Below are positions 58,501 to 64,000 of a stretch of 64,000 bases of DNA, piece after piece. Under the pieces are notes generated by a model. That model did not search any database. It saw only the letters and a program-made list of their open reading frames with translations, and had not been told where the DNA came from. Each line of letters starts with the position of its first letter. Position 1 is the stretch's first letter. The stretch covers positions 64,466-128,465 of the forward strand of contig DAONGE010000002.1 in assembly GCA_035403965.1 (NCBI GenBank), in the 5' to 3' direction. A program made the translations under genes and the position numbers. This DNA comes from Candidatus Omnitrophota bacterium. Lineage in GTDB: Bacteria; Omnitrophota; Gorgyraeia; Tantalellales; Tantalellaceae.

Positions 58501-58917
58501 GTTACCGAAAAAGAAATGGAAAGGATAGCCGAAGATTTTCCCAGCCATGGATATGATGCCAACACGGTTATTGGAAGGGCGCGTATTGTAAAAGATATGC
58601 ATGAAGGGAAACTGAAAAAAGGCGAATATATGGCCGTTGTCACGGATGACATGTCCGAACAGGAAGCGGACGAAGTTCGTGGTACCTTTATGCGAGAGGA
58701 AGCCGACAATAGCAGAATATCTTTTCTGCTGCCGGTCAGTAGCGACGGAGCAAGAATATTTCTGTTTTCGGATATGCTGAATGAATGGCTAAAAAAAGTG
58801 AATAAAGGTGATATATTCACGGTTCAGAAGATCATGCCGCCCATCTGCTCAAAAGAGGCCGCCAGGGCTGTAGAGCAGGCCGCGAAGAATCTATGGAAGG
58901 TTTTGTCCGCTGCATAA
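55591..58917 (+). CDS. Large secreted hypothetical protein (1108 aa) with weak TIM-barrel GH13-like motif
   Basis: It has an N-terminal signal peptide. The motifs IKMVADFIPW and GFDEVRVDQAA resemble GH13 regions I and II. It is preceded by an AT-rich 155-bp promoter region. Confidence 0.35.
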   Translation: MMRIPQYIKQVVRKCAICSIVLIFPFSNFCPPNQVFAQESRNATLNIWTYTQNAPVAREFLADEYKKSGFFREIEGATAETARYSELLENGAVDAVPMPSGVYLIRGKTLSEPLSLIRAVIYADYKLMTEREMREHAARYEELERHILMSEEFEEARELYTKIDPATKQNGDICLARFIAKAFELDMLVTNRLIDRKDLSMEELSFFAMVDPLLREKEESGEYKNFPAIFFNAAERMESVLGLAGRDSDVGRYLAGRPKLPNMMMAVNLMDVGSEVIDGQVVYRNSLRKLRAMLPGFAEDGFEKIYIYGGLYEMGELSRKVHQVPDESRYFIRDGNATVMVERYLTKRKQMGNLTLKDSFGNPFSIKGMAKWNAGLSESNVEKDVNDLMETARALKIKMVADFIPWLSPGAISVDNYKMTFYSEISEYENNEFRNMSNEEEKSRWIERLLSRNGGRCAVRITEGDVERVILVHHLRFYGSHSSDQVMLNPYSSAVRQYYKDSLKRFIDLGFDEVRVDQAALLLSKNLSEYGIYGPWPVTVTNNDEMWCEVISFAKEYAMRKGKSIKLNMETYDSFEQGALLGMGADRVYDGDIFDTFYYLGRGHGCARALDLPVKKALEDGDRDLIYPTNFDQMSLKAIGGATKGFTMLLIALSHLGVNSMVDMREYLGEMGHIIPIVGGNNSGKDGHPFLEETELESRQTFDDLMRLARESEWKRLAMEFNRAVTTREGTDIRTLNNSDTERFFSIIWKTEANTWQMLTIDTDPAKPKTLVKVELPRDYVRINGDSRKISAFCAMPDGGHAEAGLSNWGDGENLSDVVEVPFGEREEYKLVTVVQDDSGAFYRIRAQNDRSFSLMDEIKKAAENLRKTVKESLMSFSASFGEVRKHICEVNDVSKLSVCMPIDVLKRTVDIPMMARGNILIARTLQKKNISFELVITGVEETDMDSVTALGKQQIKKLLNISDDFIVKVVTEKEMERIAEDFPSHGYDANTVIGRARIVKDMHEGKLKKGEYMAVVTDDMSEQEADEVRGTFMREEADNSRISFLLPVSSDGARIFLFSDMLNEWLKKVNKGDIFTVQKIMPPICSKEAARAVEQAAKNLWKVLSAA

Positions 58918-59010
58918 TATCTTTCGAGCATAGTGCATCAGTCAGGTCGGTTCGCGTTTTTGGCAGTTGTTATCAACGTTCAAAATCATATGATCAAGTT
59001 TGTGTTACCA

Positions 59011-59075
59011 TGTGTTTGTAATATGCAATTCTAGCTTAAGGGGCGAGTGCCTGTCGCGGGAGGATATATGAAGAC
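59011..59075 (+). repeat. Duplicated copy of the 60076-60140 gene-leader (promoter-like + hairpin + RBS + ATG)
   Basis: It is about 80% identical to 60076-60140 over 65 nt, including gtaatRtRYaattctagcttaagggg...gggaggatatatgaag. Confidence 0.6.
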
Positions 59076-59088
59076 TCAAATCTTTTGT

Positions 59089-59241
59089 TTCACACGATCT
59101 TCGTGTGGTTGTATTCATGTCGGATATCATTGGAGTGATGAAGGATGGAGCGCTTGTTGAAATTGCTTCATGTAATGATATTTATAGCGCACCGAAACAT
59201 GGATATACATGTCGTCTAATTAATGCAATCCCGGGTATTTA
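59089..59241 (+). pseudogene. Remnant 3' end (51 codons) of a second OppF-like ABC ATPase gene, fused out of frame to a duplicated leader/start codon
   Basis: It is about 85% nucleotide identical to 55283-55435. The reading frame is intact but carries conservative substitutions (SHDLRVVVFMSDIIGVMKDGALVEIASCNDIYSAPKHGYTCRLINAIPGI*). There is no start codon, and the junction lies at atattttRtttcac. Confidence 0.6.
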
Positions 59242-59339
59242 ATTCAGGTGTTTCTAATTTATATTTGAATGGAATTGACAGTAAAAGCTTGGACTGTTAA
59301 AATCATCACAATGTTGATTTTAAAAAATAGGAGGGGTCA

Positions 59340-59870
59340 ATGAAAAAGGTGAATTTTTACATTATTTCGATGATATTAGTTTTATCAATAGCCTCGGTTG
59401 CGCATGCCGAAAAAAAATATTATAACGGACATTGGTATGAAACCGTTTATGCAGTAAATGGAGGGCTGGATCAGACATGGGATCAGTCCAGGTCTATGGC
59501 ACAAGCTCTGGGGGGAGATCTTGTCACAATAAACGATGCCGCTGAAAATGCTTGGCTTGTGGAGAATATGTTTAGCGGCACACACAGCACAATGTGGATA
59601 GGGATGTATCGTTATGGAAGCTTAAATGAATGGGCATGGGCCAGTGGGGATCCGATTAGTTATACACAGTTATCTTTTGAGGAAGTCCCGTATGATATGT
59701 ATTTGGGAAATTATGTTACATTGTTTGGAGATGGTAAATGGGGCGTAAGTGTAGGAAGTTATATCGGTGCCGGTATCGCCGAGGGGGCTGTTACTCCTGA
59801 GCCGGCATCAATGGCGCTTTTCGGTTTAGGGGCGTCTGCGTTGGCGTTTGTAAGGCGTAAAAAGAAATAA
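59340..59870 (+). CDS. PEP-CTERM-anchored C-type lectin-like domain protein (putative exosortase substrate)
   Basis: It has a signal peptide, a CTLD-like WIGMYRYG...EWAWASGDP region, and a C-terminal VTPEPASMALFGLGASALAFVRRKKK (PEP motif, TM helix, basic tail). Confidence 0.65.
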   Translation: MKKVNFYIISMILVLSIASVAHAEKKYYNGHWYETVYAVNGGLDQTWDQSRSMAQALGGDLVTINDAAENAWLVENMFSGTHSTMWIGMYRYGSLNEWAWASGDPISYTQLSFEEVPYDMYLGNYVTLFGDGKWGVSVGSYIGAGIAEGAVTPEPASMALFGLGASALAFVRRKKK

Positions 59871-59880
59871 TTTTGAAATT

Positions 59881-59920
59881 ATGATGGGGTGGGGATTTAA
59901 TCGCCACCCCATCATATTTA
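59881..59920 (+). terminator. Stem-loop terminator-like element after the lectin gene
   Basis: A 12-bp perfect stem (atgatggggtgg/ccaccccatcat) with an 11-nt loop is followed by ATTTA. Confidence 0.5.
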
Positions 59921-60136
59921 GTAAGTAAAAAATCCGGATCCCAGTCAGATGATTGGCGAGAGGGCATCATAGCCGCCATACAATTCTACATATTGGGAAT
60001 GTCGTGCTCCCTGCCGTTGCAGATTCATCAGATATAATTATTTATAAAGAACAAAATATAAATCGGATTTGTTCAACTATGTATTGGTAATGTATAATTC
60101 TAGCTTAAGGGGCAAGAACATGCCCCGGGAGGATAT

Positions 60137-60916
60137 ATGAAGGCACAGATATTTTATTTCACCGGTACCGGTAATTCGCTGAAAATAGCTAAAGATCTCG
60201 CGGACGAGCTCGGCGGCGCGGATGTGGTCAATATCGCGAAGATCAAAGACGTAGAAGTTTGTCTGTCCGGAGAAACGATAGGGATAGTATGCCCTGTTTA
60301 CGCGTTCGGATTGCCGTTCGCGGTGGTGGATTTCATTAAAAAAATAAAAGATTCTAAGGATAGGTACTTTTTTGCGGTAGTGAATTTCGGAGGCATGGGT
60401 GGCAGCGCGCTTCATATAATGGAAAAGACACTGGCCGAACGGGGGATCGCGTTGAGCTCCGGGTTCGGTATAAAAATGCCGGATAACTACATCCCCTGGA
60501 TGGGGGAAATAGATAAGGAAGGTAATGAGAAGATATTGGAACAGGAAGAACAAAGAATAAAACAAATAGCTTCTATTATAAAAGAGAAGAGAGAGCATAA
60601 AAAAGAATTCGGGAATGTTTTAACCAATGTTATTGGAAAGGCTGTTCATAGACTTTTTACTAAGCACATGAATCGCGCGGATAAAAAATTCTGGGTGAAC
60701 GATAAATGTAATAGCTGCGGCATATGTGCAAGGATATGCCCGTCGGATAATGTGAAATTGGAGAATGGCAAACCGAAGTGGGATCACAAGTGCCAATTTT
60801 GTCTTGCCTGTATACAATGGTGTCCGTCTTCCGCCATACAATATGGGGAGAAGTCTGTTGGCAAAGGAAGATACCATAATTCGAGAATTGACATTAAGGA
60901 AATGATGTTGTCGTAA
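60137..60916 (+). CDS. EFR1-family ferredoxin (flavodoxin-like N-domain + two 4Fe-4S clusters)
   Basis: The N-terminus (MKAQIFYFTGTGNS) is flavodoxin-like. Two Cys clusters are present, CNSCGICARICP and CQFCLACIQWCP. Confidence 0.65.
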   Translation: MKAQIFYFTGTGNSLKIAKDLADELGGADVVNIAKIKDVEVCLSGETIGIVCPVYAFGLPFAVVDFIKKIKDSKDRYFFAVVNFGGMGGSALHIMEKTLAERGIALSSGFGIKMPDNYIPWMGEIDKEGNEKILEQEEQRIKQIASIIKEKREHKKEFGNVLTNVIGKAVHRLFTKHMNRADKKFWVNDKCNSCGICARICPSDNVKLENGKPKWDHKCQFCLACIQWCPSSAIQYGEKSVGKGRYHNSRIDIKEMMLS

Positions 60917-60937
60917 CCGATAAAAACGGAGACCTGT

Positions 60938-61222
60938 ATGGACAAAGACGCTATCATCGAAGCCTCGATCCGTGAGATAAAAGTTTTCATGCCATTTTTT
61001 GTCTTTTTTATAGTGTTGAGCGTTTTTGGGGCCACAAGCCGAAATTCCATAGCCGGGAACCTTTACACGAAATTCTATCTTAGCCTTTTTTTACTGCATT
61101 TGTCGTCATGGATCATTATATATGTGATTTTTAGAAGCGTCATAGTGATAAAAAGGATGATGAAGGATGAACAGAAACAATTGCTTGGGAAACGGAAAGG
61201 ATCTGGTCCCTCCTCTCGTTGA
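60938..61222 (+). CDS. Small hypothetical membrane protein (2 TM)
   Basis: This ORF has two hydrophobic helices. It overlaps the annotated start of the downstream hydrolase, so one of the two starts is wrong. Confidence 0.25.
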   Translation: MDKDAIIEASIREIKVFMPFFVFFIVLSVFGATSRNSIAGNLYTKFYLSLFLLHLSSWIIIYVIFRSVIVIKRMMKDEQKQLLGKRKGSGPSSR

Positions 61223-62045
61223 ATGCGACGGTGTTTTGTGCAGGAAATGGGGGCTTGAGGACCCGGACTGCGTTTTGGTCTTAGTACACGGCATGGGTGC
61301 GCACAGCGCACGGTGGATGTTTCTCGCGGAAGCGATGCTGAAAAACAATGTTGCGTCTTATGCCATAGAGCTAGACGGGTTTGGAATGACTTCGGGGCAT
61401 AAAGGGTATGTGGATTCTTTCACGACATATTTCAAAAAAATAAAGGCCTTGGCGGAACTTGCCGCGAGCGAGAATAAGGGGAAAAAGATCTTTCTGGCCG
61501 GTGAAAGCATGGGAGGGTTGATATCTTTCTCAATGATAAAGGAAACGGATCTTTTCGGCGGGTTGATCTGTATCTCTCCGGCTTTCAGAAGCGGTATGAA
61601 AATGAACCTGGGGTTTTTGACGGAGATAATGCTTGCGGCCGTTTTTGATAAAAAGAAACAGTTCGAGATGCCGTTCACTTCGGCGATGTGTACTAAAGAT
61701 GTGTGGTATCAGGACGTGATGGATATGGAGCGGGCTGAACACAGGCTGGCGACGCCGACGTTATTGCTTGAGATATTAAAATATCAGTCGATGGCGTTCT
61801 CTCCGAAACATGAAATAAACGTGCCGGTGCTTTTTCTTTTGGCCGGAAGCGATAAACTTGTGGATGTGGAAGCCTCGGAAGATGTATATAAAAAAATGAG
61901 AACGAAGGACAAAGAAATAATAGAATATGACGGCGCGTATCACGCGTTGTCGATAGATACATGCCGGGAAAAAGTTTTCCGGGATATTATGGGATGGATA
62001 ACGCGGCATAAGAAGAACGACGCAGATTGGGAAACGTGTATATGA
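61167..62045 (+). CDS. Alpha/beta hydrolase (lysophospholipase / monoacylglycerol lipase family)
   Basis: It has an HGMGAHS oxyanion region, a GESMGG nucleophile elbow, and C-terminal Asp/His. The start is uncertain. Confidence 0.65.
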   Translation: MNRNNCLGNGKDLVPPLVECDGVLCRKWGLEDPDCVLVLVHGMGAHSARWMFLAEAMLKNNVASYAIELDGFGMTSGHKGYVDSFTTYFKKIKALAELAASENKGKKIFLAGESMGGLISFSMIKETDLFGGLICISPAFRSGMKMNLGFLTEIMLAAVFDKKKQFEMPFTSAMCTKDVWYQDVMDMERAEHRLATPTLLLEILKYQSMAFSPKHEINVPVLFLLAGSDKLVDVEASEDVYKKMRTKDKEIIEYDGAYHALSIDTCREKVFRDIMGWITRHKKNDADWETCI

Positions 62046-63523
62046 AATGTATACTTGCCATAGATCAGGGGACCACGGGAAGCCGGGCTATACTTTACGA
62101 TAAAAAAGGAAACAAAATAGCCAGCGCTTATGAGGAGTTTCCGCAGTATTTTCCTAAACCTGGCTGGGTTGAACATGATCCGGAAGAAATATGGGCCAGT
62201 GTTAATAATTCCATACAGAAGGTTATGTCGGAAACGAGAGACGCCGAAGTTCAGGCGATCGGAATAACTAATCAGCGGGAAACAACGGTGATATGGGACA
62301 GAAAGACGGGCGAACCCGTCTATCGGGCGATAGTGTGGCAGTGCAGAAGAACGGCCGGACGGTGCGATAAATTGAAAAAAGACGGGAGAATAGGCGGGTT
62401 CTTCAGGGAAAGTACGGGCCTTCCGATAGACGCGTATTTTTCGGCCACAAAAATAGAATGGATACTCCGCAACGTAAAAGATGCCGCCCGGCGGGCAAGG
62501 TCGGGCGAATTGTGTTTTGGCACAACGGATTCGTGGGTTTTATGGAAGCTTACCGGGGGAAGGGAGCATGCCACGGATTTTACCAACGCGTCGCGTACAA
62601 TGCTTTTTAATATAGAAAAAAAAGAATGGGACAAGAAGATCTTACATAAATTTAGGATACCGGAGCGGATGCTTCCGGATGTTAAAAGGTCTTCCGGTGT
62701 TTTTGGACGAACCGCGCGTATAGGAAAACTTCCGGCCGGGATACCTATATGCGGGATAGCCGGAGACCAGCAGGCCGCGCTTTTCGGGCAGGCGTGTTTT
62801 GAGCCGGGAAGTATAAAAAACACATATGGAACGGGATGTTTCGTGCTTCTTAACGCTGGAAAGAACAAGCCGTCAACGAAGCACGGTTTGATCATTACTT
62901 TAGGATGCGGGAAAAAGGGTGAACCTGTTTATGTGCTTGAAGGTTCTATATTCATCGGCGGGGCTGCTGTACAATGGCTGAGGGACGGTATTAAAATAAT
63001 AAATTCCGCAAAAGAAAGCAAAGGCATGTCCGAGAGTTTAACGGATAATGAGGGGGTTTATTTTGTTCCGGCTCTTGTTGGGCTTGGTGCGCCTTATTGG
63101 GACCAGAACGCACGCGGCGCGTTATTCGGCATAACAAGGGGGACCAGGAGAGAACATCTGGTCAGAGCTGCGGTGGAAGCTATGTGTTATCAGACCAAGG
63201 ATGTTATTGATGCTATGCGCAGGGATACAGGGCTTTCTATCGAGCAATTAAAGATAGACGGAGGCGCGTCGGCCGATGATTTTCTGTGCCAGTTCCAGTC
63301 CGACATTTTAAGGAAGAAAGTAGTACGTCCGGTAGTCATTGAAACTACATCTTTGGGGGCGGCGTATCTGGCTGGCCTGGCGGTAGGTTTTTGGCGCAAT
63401 ACTGATGAAATAAAAAAATGCTGGCATGTGGACCGGGTCTTTTCTCCGCGTATGAAAAAAGAAACCGCTGCGAAATTTTACGCAGCTTGGCATAATGCCG
63501 TCAAAAGAACTCTTTCGGTTTAA
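62042..63523 (+). CDS. glpK: Glycerol kinase
   Basis: It has MKCILAIDQGTTGSR, QRETTVIWD and FGTTDSW (FGGY kinase family). ATGA overlaps the hydrolase stop. Confidence 0.85.
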   Translation: MKCILAIDQGTTGSRAILYDKKGNKIASAYEEFPQYFPKPGWVEHDPEEIWASVNNSIQKVMSETRDAEVQAIGITNQRETTVIWDRKTGEPVYRAIVWQCRRTAGRCDKLKKDGRIGGFFRESTGLPIDAYFSATKIEWILRNVKDAARRARSGELCFGTTDSWVLWKLTGGREHATDFTNASRTMLFNIEKKEWDKKILHKFRIPERMLPDVKRSSGVFGRTARIGKLPAGIPICGIAGDQQAALFGQACFEPGSIKNTYGTGCFVLLNAGKNKPSTKHGLIITLGCGKKGEPVYVLEGSIFIGGAAVQWLRDGIKIINSAKESKGMSESLTDNEGVYFVPALVGLGAPYWDQNARGALFGITRGTRREHLVRAAVEAMCYQTKDVIDAMRRDTGLSIEQLKIDGGASADDFLCQFQSDILRKKVVRPVVIETTSLGAAYLAGLAVGFWRNTDEIKKCWHVDRVFSPRMKKETAAKFYAAWHNAVKRTLSV

Positions 63524-63534
63524 GCGGGATATCG

Positions 63535-63999
63535 ATGAAACAGTATGATGTGATAATAATCGGCGGAGGGGTCACTGGAAGCGCCATCGCGCGGGAACTG
63601 TCGCGTTATAGACTCAAAGTTGCTTTGCTTGAAAAAGAGATAGAACTTGCCTTCGGTGTGTCAAAATCCAATAGCGGGATAATACATCCCGGTACACAGA
63701 ATCCTCCTGGATCACTGAAAGCCAAATTGTGTGTTGAGGGGAACAAGCTTATCCGACAGGTCGCGAAAGAGCTCGGTGTTGATTTTAAAGAAGTCGGCGA
63801 GCTGGTCGTGGTTTTCAGCGAAGAAGATATCCCAAAATTGCATGAATTAAAAAAGGAAGCGGAGCTTATAGGGGTAGAAGGCGTAGAGGTAGTGGACAGG
63901 GATTGGCTTAAAAAGAACGAACCTAATCTCTCGGATGAAGTGGTCGCGGCGTTATACGCTCCCACCGCGGGAATAATCAGTCCGTACCGCCTTGTTTAC
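63535..63999 (+). CDS. FAD-dependent glycerol-3-phosphate dehydrogenase/oxidase-like oxidoreductase (3' partial, runs off window)
   Basis: It has YDVIIIGGGVTGSAIAREL (GxGxxG FAD-binding), and its glpK neighbour supports the call. Confidence 0.6.
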   Translation, partial: MKQYDVIIIGGGVTGSAIARELSRYRLKVALLEKEIELAFGVSKSNSGIIHPGTQNPPGSLKAKLCVEGNKLIRQVAKELGVDFKEVGELVVVFSEEDIPKLHELKKEAELIGVEGVEVVDRDWLKKNEPNLSDEVVAALYAPTAGIISPYRLVY

Positions 64000-64000
64000 G

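Overview
The window is a 64-kb bacterial fragment with medium GC content. It is not assignable to a known species from sequence alone. An LPS-type glycan cluster and a PEP-CTERM protein indicate a Gram-negative (diderm) organism, possibly an uncultivated lineage. Essentially all credible genes lie on the + strand; minus-strand ORFs in the track overlap these genes and look spurious.

Section 1 (bases 1 to about 41.6 kb) is one translationally coupled operon for LPS-core, O-antigen and glycan biosynthesis.
- It contains many glycosyltransferases: six GT4, several GT2, three GT9 heptosyltransferases, two GT28, and four GT-C/ArnT-like membrane proteins.
- It also contains the initiating phosphoglycosyltransferase, an O-antigen-ligase-like protein, WecB, GmhB, a tandem methyltransferase, a radical-SAM/SPASM protein and a formyltransferase fused to a NodB-type deacetylase.
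- Unexpectedly, it also holds an RtcB-family RNA-ligase homolog coupled to a dTMP-kinase-like P-loop kinase.
- The operon ends with UDG family 4, priA and fmt.

Section 2 (41.7 to 55.4 kb) encodes a 1353-aa signal-peptide protein with a glutamate-dehydrogenase-like C-terminal region, gap, pgk, tpiA, secG and a five-gene peptide ABC importer.

Section 3 (55.6 to 64 kb) looks like an accessory, rearranged region.
- It encodes an 1108-aa secreted protein and a PEP-CTERM C-type-lectin protein.
- It contains a remnant 3' end of an oppF paralog joined to a duplicated gene leader.
- It also encodes an EFR1-like ferredoxin, an alpha/beta hydrolase, glpK and a partial FAD-dependent G3P dehydrogenase.

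Non-coding highlights:
- A roughly 141-nt element occurs twice (29938-30078 and 31784-31925). Its core is conserved, but its perfect closing stems have different sequences; this covariation suggests a structured RNA upstream of GT2 genes.
- The gap-pgk spacer is unusually long (825 bp) and holds two consecutive 200-240-bp imperfect palindromes that look like MITEs or long hairpins.
- A TGTCA/TGACA repeat cluster lies between two GT4 genes.
- Two textbook sigma70 promoters and two rho-independent terminators are present.

No rRNA, tRNA or CRISPR array was seen.
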